Virus record (IMG/VR): IMGVR_UViG_3300025941_000001
Location: 1-64,000 of that record
Reading direction: 5' to 3' (one strand)
From: a virus
Length of the DNA stretch: 64,000 nucleotides
This document shows positions 37,693-46,191 of the stretch, one piece after another (position 1 is the stretch's first letter; each line of letters begins with the position of its first letter). The position numbers and the translations under genes were made by a program. The notes below the pieces were generated by a model, which was not told the DNA's origin, made no database searches, and saw nothing but the letters and a program-made list of their open reading frames with translations.

Positions 37693-38598
37693 TTACCGGA
37701 TGACCGTCCGGCTGCCGCCCTGACTGAGCAGTCCGGCCTTCGAGAGGATGCGGTCCACGTGCGGGAACGAAGCGAAGAAGCCGAGCCCGAACTTCGTATC
37801 GTAGGAGACGATGGTTTCGAGAGGGCCGACTTTCTTGGTGACAGACGAGGCCACGCCGCCATTGCCGACGAGGGCCGGGTCGTAGTCAGGCTGGAGATTG
37901 ACGCCGTTGAGCACGCGAATGGCAAGCTCCGAACACGCGGCTTTGAGCGCCCTCGGAATGCCGTTGACCGTGTTCCCGTTGAGGTCCACGAGACCCTGAC
38001 GCGGAAACTCGGTGCTCTGATTTGTCGTGCTGGAAACGAGGAACGGGCTGGAGATCAGCGCGTAGGGCGTAAGCCATCCTTCGAGGAAGTAGGCGTTCGC
38101 GCCGGGCAACACGCTGCCCATGCTCTGGAGACGCTTGACGCCGCCGAACCGATACTTCTGATCAAGGTAGTCGGTGCTTTGCACGATGGCGGCTTGGATG
38201 GCCGTGTCGGTCACAGCCGGGATGGAGTTGCCCCGGCTATCGTGATACTGCCGAAACTCGTCGATGGTCTCGTAGGCGTTGGCCGCGTTGATCTCGATGA
38301 CGAGCGACTGCTCGCCGACGTTCGCGCCGGTCTGCCATGTGATCGTGCCGTTCGCAGGCCAATCGGCCATATTGGCGTTCGGGGCTGTGACGGAAAATTC
38401 GCTCGCGCTGAGAACCTGACAGACGGTGAACGTCAACGACTGAAACGTCTCGTTGGAGAAGCCATCTTGATTGTTGAAGACGCCCTCATAGAGCCCGGTG
38501 TCTCCGACTTCAATGGGCGCGATGACCGGCGACGGCGACGGCAACAACGTGAGTTGCGCCACGGTGCCGGTTTCGTTTTGGACGGAGAAGACGGCCAT
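37693..38598 (-). CDS. Head-tail adaptor (DnaT-like domain)
   Basis: ANAY....F..YH..RG, A.VQ.TDYLD, Q...FPR, IP..LK.A..ELA, KKVGPLE...Y. Confidence 0.85.
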   Translation of the reverse strand: MAVFSVQNETGTVAQLTLLPSPSPVIAPIEVGDTGLYEGVFNNQDGFSNETFQSLTFTVCQVLSASEFSVTAPNANMADWPANGTITWQTGANVGEQSLVIEINAANAYETIDEFRQYHDSRGNSIPAVTDTAIQAAIVQSTDYLDQKYRFGGVKRLQSMGSVLPGANAYFLEGWLTPYALISSPFLVSSTTNQSTEFPRQGLVDLNGNTVNGIPRALKAACSELAIRVLNGVNLQPDYDPALVGNGGVASSVTKKVGPLETIVSYDTKFGLGFFASFPHVDRILSKAGLLSQGGSRTVIR

Positions 38599-38653
38599 TG
38601 AATATTCCCCAGCGTTAAAGCGCCGCCTGCACTATGCGGGCGGCGCTCTGTGA

Positions 38654-39373
38654 TCAGTAGTTGACCGCTGCTTTGCGGGGGAGGAACGCGGGAGCCGGAG
38701 TGTGGCCCCGGCCGTTTCGACCGTTGTCCCGCTTGCGGTCCATCAGCGTCGCATCGACCGGGTTCTGAGCCATGTTCGGCTCAAAGCGGCTGCCGGTGAT
38801 CCGCTCGCGCAGAACCTCTTGCTGACGCTCAAGATGCTGCTTGATGTTGGCGGCGACCGAGATCGCCGGATACTTCGAAGCGTAGAGCGTGAGCGCCCGG
38901 TTCAACCGAGCCTCGGCCGCGACGAGCAAACGCTGCGCGTCCGCGATCTTGTTCTTCGCATCAGTGACGCCAGCCTCGGCGTCATCGACACGGCCCTTGG
39001 CGATAAGTCGGAGCCGTTCGTATTCGTCCTTTGCGTCGAGCGGATCATCGCGGTCTTCATCCGGGTCCGGAGGTCCCATGATCTTCGCGGCTACAACTGC
39101 CGCCGGAGACACGCCGTTGGCCGCAGCCTCGGCATTGATGGCATCGAGCCCGCCGGTTTCATCGCCGGGTTGTTCGTCCTCGGCGACACTATCCGAGGTC
39201 TTGCGCGCGAAGCCCGGGAGGGCGTCGTTGATCTGCGCTCGGGTGATGTCCTTGTCGTTGCAGAGCCGTTGCACTTCGGCGACGAGCGGAGCGCCGTCAT
39301 CAGTCCAGAGCTTGTCGTCCTTGTGATCGAAAGATTGCAGGGCCTCTGCGATAGCTGCTTTGGGGGTCGTCAT
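38654..39373 (-). CDS. Virion-associated hypothetical protein
   Basis: L..FD...D..WT.DG.P....V......ITRA.I....PGF.R; between MCP and adaptor. Confidence 0.7.
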   Translation of the reverse strand: MTTPKAAIAEALQSFDHKDDKLWTDDGAPLVAEVQRLCNDKDITRAQINDALPGFARKTSDSVAEDEQPGDETGGLDAINAEAAANGVSPAAVVAAKIMGPPDPDEDRDDPLDAKDEYERLRLIAKGRVDDAEAGVTDAKNKIADAQRLLVAAEARLNRALTLYASKYPAISVAANIKQHLERQQEVLRERITGSRFEPNMAQNPVDATLMDRKRDNGRNGRGHTPAPAFLPRKAAVNY

Positions 39374-39493
39374 AGTTTCACCTCATGGTGCGGGGGACAA
39401 ATCGATGCCCGGGGCTCGAAAGCCCCGGGCCGGGAAGCGACAGCGCGAGCCGAAAGTGTCCCCCTCTTAGCCCGCTGCCGTCGCCGTCCCGTT

Positions 39494-40189
39494 TCACGGA
39501 ATGGCAGCGAGACTGGCGGCGGCGGAGACCGTTCGCGCGCCATACTTGGTGACCTTCGCGAAGATGACTGCGGCGGTGCTCGACAGGCGCGTTGCCTGCG
39601 CATCGAGATACGCGCCAAGCTGACCGCCGGTCGCGCCGCTGGAATTGCGCCTCTTCGCAAGCGAGGCATAACGCTGATGGAGGTTGTACTCGCGGGGCGA
39701 GGGACCAGTCTGACCGGATACGTTGCTTGGCATTGGAACAGTCTCCCTACTTTGCTGCGGCGAGAGCTTCCCGCCGGTCTTGAAACTCGCTCTGTCTTCG
39801 ACTTCGACCGAAACCCACTGACCCCAAAGACCGCGCACGGCCCTCGCAACCATTTGGTCCCGTGTCCCGGTTACCCGGAGCGGTCCCCACGAACCGCTGT
39901 ATCCTTTTCCTTTGGCCCTATCCGGCTTCTCCGTCGAAGCGAACTGGCCCGAGGTGCCGACTGATCCTTGAGCCGCTGCGGCGTCGCGCAACTCAGTGAC
40001 CTTGAGCGGTCCCCAAATCCCTGCCGAGCCTTTGAGCCTCGCAATGTCTGCCCGCTCGACTGGGCCGACACTTCCTTGCGCGCCGTCGTATCCGCGAAGC
40101 GCGGCCTGATCTCGCGTCTCGGTGACCTTGAGCGGTCCCCAGATGCCGACCGAGCCCCTGAGCCGCGCGATGTCGGCTCTCTCCGACAC
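39494..40189 (-). CDS. Basic repeat protein
   Basis: Repeats GIWGPLKVTETRD / GIWGPLKVTELRD / GSWGPLRVTGTRD; GAGG RBS. Confidence 0.6.
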   Translation of the reverse strand: MSERADIARLRGSVGIWGPLKVTETRDQAALRGYDGAQGSVGPVERADIARLKGSAGIWGPLKVTELRDAAAAQGSVGTSGQFASTEKPDRAKGKGYSGSWGPLRVTGTRDQMVARAVRGLWGQWVSVEVEDRASFKTGGKLSPQQSRETVPMPSNVSGQTGPSPREYNLHQRYASLAKRRNSSGATGGQLGAYLDAQATRLSSTAAVIFAKVTKYGARTVSAAASLAAIP

Positions 40190-40204
40190 GACATTCGACG
40201 CCTC

Positions 40205-40242
40205 AAAAAGAAAAGAGGCGGCGGTTTGTCCGCCGCCTCTTG
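40205..40242 (-). terminator. Rho-independent terminator after MCP
   Basis: (-) AAGAGGCGGCGG-acaaa-CCGCCGCCTCTT-TTCTTTTT. Confidence 0.85.
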
Positions 40243-40274
40243 GTTCACGCTAATTCACGCTATTCGCGGGAGCC

Positions 40275-41372
40275 TTAGCTCTCGCGGGTGATCAGGCGAG
40301 CCAGCTTGATCTGCTTGCGCTCCGGGAACACTCGGACCCACGAGTTGGAATGGGCGAGGTTGTTCGTGGTCGCGGCGTTGGTCGGGCCACCTTCGGTCGC
40401 CGGGCTGCCGACGTAGGCATGACCGACCGGATGGATACACCACTCGACGCGGTTGTAGAGCGTATCGCTGCCCGCGCCGTTACCACGGTCCGGGTTGCGG
40501 AAGACTTCGGTCGGGACGATGGGCGTACCCACGCCGAGACGGAACGAGGCAGGGCCGACCAGCCACGTATGGTAGATGCCTGCGGCGGTCTGCGCGCCGT
40601 TGGAAGCATCGCCCGCCGGGTTGGGCATACCGTCGTCCACGATCACGCGGCGGCCGAGGAAGGTCGGAATGTTGACCTTGCCTTCGCTATCCGGGATGAA
40701 GTCGATCAGGTTGTTCTTCTGGGCGGTGGAGTACACGATGGAGTGCATGAACACTGCCGTCACGTCCTCGGCCGCGTCGCCGAGCAGGGTCGCGGTGTCG
40801 ATGAACGCCGACGCCGAGAAGTTGGTCACGCCAGCCGTGAAGCTGGAGCCCTTGATATCGTGGGTCAGGTCGTTCTGATGACCGTAGGCGGCATTGATGC
40901 CAAGCTGGCCGGAGCGACCGAGGGTCGGGTCGGCAAGCGCGTTGTTGGCGAAGATGCCGTTGGCGACCGCGACGAACGCACGCTGCAACCGGCGGACCCA
41001 GTAGTCGGACACGCGGCTCGCGATGCTCTGCATCGGGTCGGACCCGGCCAGAGCGGTCGCCAGACGCATCGTGCTCCACGAGGCGTTACGGCTCAGACGA
41101 ACCGCGACTTCGGCGGAGGTCTGGGTGATGTTCGGGGTCGAAGACGTGTTCGGGTCATCGCTCGACACGTTCTCGGCGGGGTCGCCGATGTCCTGCCAAG
41201 ACGGGACCGTGAAGGTCAGGCCGCCGCCAGCGAGCAGGTTGTCGAGGAAGTCATCACGCGCGGCGACGCCGCTCTGGATGATCGCGGTCTTCTCCATCGT
41301 CAACTGTTGGGTATACGGCGTGAAGACGGCGGGGACGATAACGTCGCTGATCTGGGTGGACACGTTGACCAT
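40275..41372 (-). CDS. Major capsid protein
   Basis: TQISDVIVPAVF.PY, GSDPMQ.IA.RV..YW, FMHS.VY, TFLGRRVIVDDGMP; GGAG RBS. Confidence 0.92.
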   Translation of the reverse strand: MVNVSTQISDVIVPAVFTPYTQQLTMEKTAIIQSGVAARDDFLDNLLAGGGLTFTVPSWQDIGDPAENVSSDDPNTSSTPNITQTSAEVAVRLSRNASWSTMRLATALAGSDPMQSIASRVSDYWVRRLQRAFVAVANGIFANNALADPTLGRSGQLGINAAYGHQNDLTHDIKGSSFTAGVTNFSASAFIDTATLLGDAAEDVTAVFMHSIVYSTAQKNNLIDFIPDSEGKVNIPTFLGRRVIVDDGMPNPAGDASNGAQTAAGIYHTWLVGPASFRLGVGTPIVPTEVFRNPDRGNGAGSDTLYNRVEWCIHPVGHAYVGSPATEGGPTNAATTNNLAHSNSWVRVFPERKQIKLARLITRES

Positions 41373-41500
41373 GATAATCTCCGATGGCTTGTGGGGTGGA
41401 AGCTTTTTCAAGCACCTCCCCATGGAGGTATCTTGGCTGATGCTGATGGGGTCACGACTGCCCTGCATAGGGGCGCGAAGCCATTGCAAATTCTGGCGTG

Positions 41501-41536
41501 AGATTATCGCACTAAATTCCGGAAAACAACTAGTAA
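41501..41536 (-). promoter_or_regulatory. CTAG-box late promoter (MCP)
   Basis: TTACTAG-TTGTTT-N17-TAATCT. Confidence 0.65.
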
Positions 41537-41546
41537 GTTCTCGCGC

Positions 41547-41578
41547 AAAAACGCGCCCCGTTTTTGACAGGGCGCGCT
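41547..41578 (-). terminator. Rho-independent terminator
   Basis: (-) GCGCGCCC..GGGCGCG-TTTTT. Confidence 0.7.
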
Positions 41579-41597
41579 CTCATTCGTGAGGCAGATT

Positions 41598-42041
41598 TTA
41601 GTCTGCGCCGGAGCCGTCAGGCAGCGTCACAACCCAGCTTGTGATCGCAACAGTAGCGTGCTGCACGATGGAAGTCGTGTTGAGGATCATGTCGGCGGCA
41701 GAGGTGCCGACCGTACCCTGCACGATGCAGACGCCCGCACTGTCGTAAGCGCGGAAGTAGCCTGCGGTGCCGGTCGCCGCCGCATCGGTGTCCGACGTGA
41801 TGGCATTGGCCGTAGCAGTCGCGAGGCCATTCGAACCCGGATCAGTTGAGGCGGGAAACGCCGTTGTGCTGAGCGTGAGCGTCGAAAGCAGCGTGCCGCT
41901 GTCGGCGGTCTCGCACGTTGCTGGCATGGAGCCCGAGAAGATTTTGATGTGACCGGGGGTGCCGCCCACATTCAACTTCGCCAGCAACGCGTCCAGCGCA
42001 GCGCGAGCCGAAAGCATAGAGACCATAGGATTAGCAGCCAT
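41598..42041 (-). CDS. Virion structural protein (paralogue of 24982-25350)
   Basis: IKIFSG..P......GTLL.TL.L...AF...GTAGYFR..DS.G. Confidence 0.8.
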   Translation of the reverse strand: MAANPMVSMLSARAALDALLAKLNVGGTPGHIKIFSGSMPATCETADSGTLLSTLTLSTTAFPASTDPGSNGLATATANAITSDTDAAATGTAGYFRAYDSAGVCIVQGTVGTSAADMILNTTSIVQHATVAITSWVVTLPDGSGAD

Positions 42042-42071
42042 AGTTTTTCTCCCTCCTAGTAAGCTGGGCGT

Positions 42072-44174
42072 TTAACTGTCGAGGTAGCGGTACGAGTACC
42101 ACTTACCGCTACCCGGCGTGCCCAGTAAGCCGCCGAGAATTGATTGACCGAAGCCTTGAAGGTTCATCACGATTGGCCCTTCGATAATAAGCTCGGCGTC
42201 CACGATATTTCCGAAGCCGCCTTGCTCGGTCTGGCCGAGGTTCGTGACGATGGTGCCGGAGAAAGTCTCTTCTCCGACCGCCGCAAAACTGGCGGGCGAC
42301 AGGTTTGTGACAATAGGTCCGAAGATAGCTGCCTCAAACGCGTCCACGCGTTGCGAGATGCCGCTGAGCACGGTGTTGACCGAGCCGACGATGATCTCCG
42401 CTTCAACGGCCAACTGACTGATGCCGGACAACGCTGTCGTTACATTGCCCGAGACCGAATAGATCGACGAGCCGTTGAGCGTTTGACCGATACCCGACAG
42501 CGTAGTTTGGATCGTGCCAGTGAAACTCAGACTTGTCGATGAACCCGAAAGGCTTTGACTGATCTTGGTCAAGTTCGTCGCGATGGTGCCACTCGCGCCA
42601 GCCGTTTGCGTCCCGGACAGCGATTGACTTGCGCCTGTCAGTGTCGTCGTGATTGTGCCCGACGAGTTCTGCGAGAAGTTGGCCGTGCCATTGGTGTCGC
42701 CCGACAGCGCGTCCGTGGACAACGTCCATTCGAGCGTGCTGTTCGTAGCCCACGTTTGCGTGCCAGAGCCCGATTGCGGGGCGGTCGTCCAAGCCAGTGC
42801 GTTCTGGCATGGCCCCGTCGTGCTGTTGCCAGTGGTGATGTGAGCGCTGCCGAACGTGTACCCGGCCGGTGCGCTACTGACATTCGTATTGCCCGTGGCC
42901 CCGTATTGACAGAGAAGGCCGAGCACAAGATCGCTCGCCGACGAGAGCGCCCATGTCTTGCTCGGGAGCGTCGGAGTGAAGGCGTTGTCGTAGGTCGAAT
43001 AGAGCCCGAGCGCCGTGTTCACGTCCCATGGTGCAGTCGGGGTCATCGACCCGATGAACGTGGCCCATGTAGTAAGCGTTCCGGAGGCTTGGTTCGCGGT
43101 GTTGGACAGCGCGATGCTGACCGTCACGTTGGAGCCGTGCGCGGCAGTTACGTTGGCCCACCAAACTTCTTGCGTGACGAACTCGACCCCGTTGCTCAAA
43201 CCTTGGAATGGCGTGGCATCAAATTGGAGTGCGCTGCGCCTGTGCCACGTATGGCCCGCGCTATCTGTGACGCCCGTGATCGGAACGTAGCCGAGGCCCA
43301 CGCCGCCTTGCGTCAGGATATTAGCGACGATGATGCACGGGGCCGTATTCGTGAACGTGAACGTGGCGGGCGAGCCGGTGCCCGAGTTATTGTTGCCTGA
43401 CGACAGGTTGCGAAGGTTCGCGAGATCAATTGTCCCTGCGCTGGCCGACGAGCCGGTCGAAGTGCCGGAAAGCGCATCGCCCGTGAAGATGAACGATTGC
43501 TTCGTCTGAGTAGCCGCCAGCGTCGCAGTGCCCGCCGTGGCCTGCGTTTTGCTTTCGAAAAACATATGGAATTGGTTCGGCGACGTGCCGTTTGTTTGGT
43601 TGTTTTGCGCTGTCATACCCGTGCCAGCGGCGGATAAGGTCGAGTTGTTCGTCGAAGTCACTTCCGAGAGTAGCGCAATGAACTCGGAGTTGTTCTGAGA
43701 CGTAGTCGCGCTCAGCGTGATCGCCGCCAGTGTAGACACTGGGTCGCCATAAGTCTGAGCCGAAGTGAGCAGGCCGGAGTTCGTATCCCATGGCGCGGAG
43801 GGCGTCGTGCTGCCCGTGATGCATTGATAGAGGAACTGATACTCGACGCAAGCGCCATTGTTCGTGAGATTGAACGTGAGATTGCGGTTGGTCGAAGACA
43901 CATCGTTCTTCCACCAAATTTCCTGCACGATGTAGTTCGCGTTCGCCGTGCTGCCAGCGCCCAGCCATGCCGATTGGAAGCGCACGCGCTTGCGGAGGTT
44001 CCACGTGCCGCCCGACGCATCCGTGATGCTGGACGTAGACGTGAACGAGCCGTTCGAATAGTACGAGATGAACATGATCGACACGCCGTTGGCATTGTTG
44101 ACAATGCCTGCGGTGATCGTTGAGCCCGGAGTTGCGCCGGAGCCGTTCGAACTATTTGCATACGCGAGTGCCAT
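42072..44174 (-). CDS. Ser/Thr/Asn-rich fibre/appendage protein with tandem duplicated domain
   Basis: ITDASGGTW..QEIWW..PSAPWD / VTDSAGHTW..QEVWW..PTAPWD; C-terminal GTI.T.L...SQ repeats. Confidence 0.8.
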   Translation of the reverse strand: MALAYANSSNGSGATPGSTITAGIVNNANGVSIMFISYYSNGSFTSTSSITDASGGTWNLRKRVRFQSAWLGAGSTANANYIVQEIWWKNDVSSTNRNLTFNLTNNGACVEYQFLYQCITGSTTPSAPWDTNSGLLTSAQTYGDPVSTLAAITLSATTSQNNSEFIALLSEVTSTNNSTLSAAGTGMTAQNNQTNGTSPNQFHMFFESKTQATAGTATLAATQTKQSFIFTGDALSGTSTGSSASAGTIDLANLRNLSSGNNNSGTGSPATFTFTNTAPCIIVANILTQGGVGLGYVPITGVTDSAGHTWHRRSALQFDATPFQGLSNGVEFVTQEVWWANVTAAHGSNVTVSIALSNTANQASGTLTTWATFIGSMTPTAPWDVNTALGLYSTYDNAFTPTLPSKTWALSSASDLVLGLLCQYGATGNTNVSSAPAGYTFGSAHITTGNSTTGPCQNALAWTTAPQSGSGTQTWATNSTLEWTLSTDALSGDTNGTANFSQNSSGTITTTLTGASQSLSGTQTAGASGTIATNLTKISQSLSGSSTSLSFTGTIQTTLSGIGQTLNGSSIYSVSGNVTTALSGISQLAVEAEIIVGSVNTVLSGISQRVDAFEAAIFGPIVTNLSPASFAAVGEETFSGTIVTNLGQTEQGGFGNIVDAELIIEGPIVMNLQGFGQSILGGLLGTPGSGKWYSYRYLDS

Positions 44175-44638
44175 TACACGGGCTCACTGACAAAGAGACA
44201 TCGAAGACCGGCCATAGCCGCGTCTGGCACTTCGGGCATCACAAGCCATAGGGGCGTGTGAGCAGGGATGGTTCGGTCGGCAAAGTCCAGCGTCGCATGT
44301 TGAGTGACGCCTTCGAAGTGCGCGGTGCCGATCACGTTGGCTCCGGTGCCGAGAAAGCCCGCGAGATTGTCCGTGAGGACGATGTCGCATGACCCGGCCG
44401 TTGGAAACGTGCACGAGACCGAACTCAAGAGATCGCTCAGGCCGTTGAAGTAGTGCTCTCCGGTTTCGTTGAGCGCCAACTCGAAAGACTGAAACGACGT
44501 GAACGGGAACAGCGCCTCACTGTTGAGCCCGAGCACATGATATCGAACGAGCTTCCCCTTCTTGTTCCAGATATCGCTCTGGCGCAAATAGAAATCGTCG
44601 TTCAAGTCGTTGATGTAGAACTCGCCATTGACTGTCAT
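44174..44638 (-). CDS. Appendage adaptor protein (C-terminal domain shared with 26556-27410)
   Basis: NGEFYIND...Y....W; IGTA.F...L..V.P..PD. Confidence 0.7.
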   Translation of the reverse strand: MTVNGEFYINDLNDDFYLRQSDIWNKKGKLVRYHVLGLNSEALFPFTSFQSFELALNETGEHYFNGLSDLLSSVSCTFPTAGSCDIVLTDNLAGFLGTGANVIGTAHFEGVTQHATLDFADRTIPAHTPLWLVMPEVPDAAMAGLRCLFVSEPV

Positions 44639-44880
44639 TCTGGGGGTCCGTCTCCGCTTGAGCCCGCTCCGATAATACTCCCGCCGCCGCCTCCGCCCTT
44701 TTGGATGATCCAGTGACGTTCAAGGACGGTCGAGACGGGACGAGGTTTGAGCGCGCCGAGCGTAGCGCCCGCCTGTCGCGCCTTGCGCGCGGCGACAGAG
44801 ACGCCGTACTTTTTGACGTATTCGCCTTGCGCGGTGAGGTTCCAATTCTCCGGAGCCCAAGGATTGGCAACGTTCGTCAT
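44635..44880 (-). CDS. Small protein carrying a copy of the scaffold C-terminal motif plus Gly linker
   Basis: NPWAPENWNLTAQG vs scaffold NPWSKAGWNMTKQG; GAGG RBS. Confidence 0.7.
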   Translation of the reverse strand: MTNVANPWAPENWNLTAQGEYVKKYGVSVAARKARQAGATLGALKPRPVSTVLERHWIIQKGGGGGGSIIGAGSSGDGPPE

Positions 44881-44895
44881 CGGTGACTACCTCGC

Positions 44896-44932
44896 AAAGA
44901 AAAAGCGTGCCGCGATATTACTCGCGACACGC
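44896..44932 (-). terminator. Terminator after scaffold gene (loop overlaps a CTAG-box promoter -10)
   Basis: (-) GCGTGTCGCGA-gtaata-TCGCGGCACGC-TTTTTCTTT. Confidence 0.7.
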
Positions 44933-44956
44933 CGGGATTGATACTAGCAACTTCGC

Positions 44957-45820
44957 TTACGCCGCGTCAGCGGCGGGCTTAGTTGCGCCGATAAACGACC
45001 CGGCTTGCGCCGCGATCTCGCCAGCTTTCACTTCGCCAAGCTGACGCACGAGCGCGCCCTGCTTGGTCATGTTCCAGCCTGCCTTCGACCATGGGTTGTT
45101 CGACCCGCCGTAAGTGCCCTTCGGTCCGCCGCCTCCGCCGGAGCCGCCGCCGACCGATGCAGGCCACCAATGCGGTGCCTTCTCGACCATGTCGCGGAGC
45201 CATTCCTTGGGGGTCAGGCCCGGGACGGTGCCGGGGACATCCTTGGTGATGATGCGCCCGTCCTCGGTCTTCTCGAAGATGCGGGAGCCGCGCAGAACCA
45301 CGTCGTCGAGGGCGGTGACTTGCACCTTCTCGGCCACGGCAGCATCACGGACAGTGCGCTCGATGCTGTCCATGGTGATGGAGCCTTTGAGGTTGGTGAC
45401 TTCGCCATCCTTCTCCATGACGAGCTTTTTCTGTGCGTCGAGTTGACGCTCCAGATTGGACTTGTCGCGCTCCAGCGGAGCGACAGCCTGCTTGACGCGG
45501 GCCGCGATGATCGGCTCAAGCTTCTCTTGGTCGAGGTGACCATCCTTGTTGATGGCTTCGAGTTGAGCCTTCACAGTTTCAAGCTCGTTGGCCTGAGCGT
45601 GGAAAGCCTCGGCGTCAACGCCATCGAACGAAGCGAGTGCGGTCTTCGTCGCCTTGTGGTCGGCCTTTTCCTTGCGGAGGGCTTCCTGCACGCGCTCGAC
45701 ATCCGCTTGCGTCTTCACGCCTTGGATGCCGGTCAACTCCCACTTGCCGTTGCGTTCCGTATAGAGGTCCGCATAGCCCTCCGGAATGTCTTCGGCGGTA
45801 TCATAGATTGTCTTCAACAT
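44957..45820 (-). CDS. Capsid scaffolding protein
   Basis: IPE.Y..LY.E..GKW.L N-terminus, long coiled coil, PH.WP.S.GGG, NPW..WN.T.Q tail. Confidence 0.85.
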   Translation of the reverse strand: MLKTIYDTAEDIPEGYADLYTERNGKWELTGIQGVKTQADVERVQEALRKEKADHKATKTALASFDGVDAEAFHAQANELETVKAQLEAINKDGHLDQEKLEPIIAARVKQAVAPLERDKSNLERQLDAQKKLVMEKDGEVTNLKGSITMDSIERTVRDAAVAEKVQVTALDDVVLRGSRIFEKTEDGRIITKDVPGTVPGLTPKEWLRDMVEKAPHWWPASVGGGSGGGGGPKGTYGGSNNPWSKAGWNMTKQGALVRQLGEVKAGEIAAQAGSFIGATKPAADAA

Positions 45821-45849
45821 AGGATTTCTCCATTACTGCCAACATCGGA

Positions 45850-46191
45850 TCATTCCGATGAGGACCCGGCCATCCGGGATTTGCGTTTGTGGAGCAATCC
45901 TTTGCCGAGGCGAAGGATATGCTGCCGGGTGATCTCCGTCGCGCCGTTGGCTCCGTTCAAGCGACGAGAACCGATGACGCGATGGGCGATATCAGTGTTG
46001 TCCTCGCCAGCGGTGAGGCCAACACTAATTGCGGTATGGATGCGCTCGGCATCCTGAGCAGCGATGTTGCGCGCCCAGTGCGCAAGCTCGTGCCCGTGTA
46101 TCTTGAGCACCTTCTTTTTGCCGGTGCGGAAGCGATGCTTGTCCCACGCGCCGCCGTCGTGCTCGTGATCTCCAATCTCTGGGTCGCTCAT
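45850..46191 (-). CDS. Short/truncated MuF(gp7)-like head protein
   Basis: ERI..AI..G...GE....IA.RV.G.R resembles a MuF segment; only 113 aa. Confidence 0.5.
   Translation of the reverse strand: MSDPEIGDHEHDGGAWDKHRFRTGKKKVLKIHGHELAHWARNIAAQDAERIHTAISVGLTAGEDNTDIAHRVIGSRRLNGANGATEITRQHILRLGKGLLHKRKSRMAGSSSE

Noticed and set aside
42056-42062. TTACTAG (-) as another CTAG-box promoter
   Set aside because: It sits directly against the RBS of 41598-42041 with no room for -35/N17/-10
24982-44174. Diversity-generating retroelement acting on the duplicated fibre genes
   Set aside because: No reverse transcriptase seen; the paralogues are diverged at protein level rather than adenine-specific TR/VR pairs
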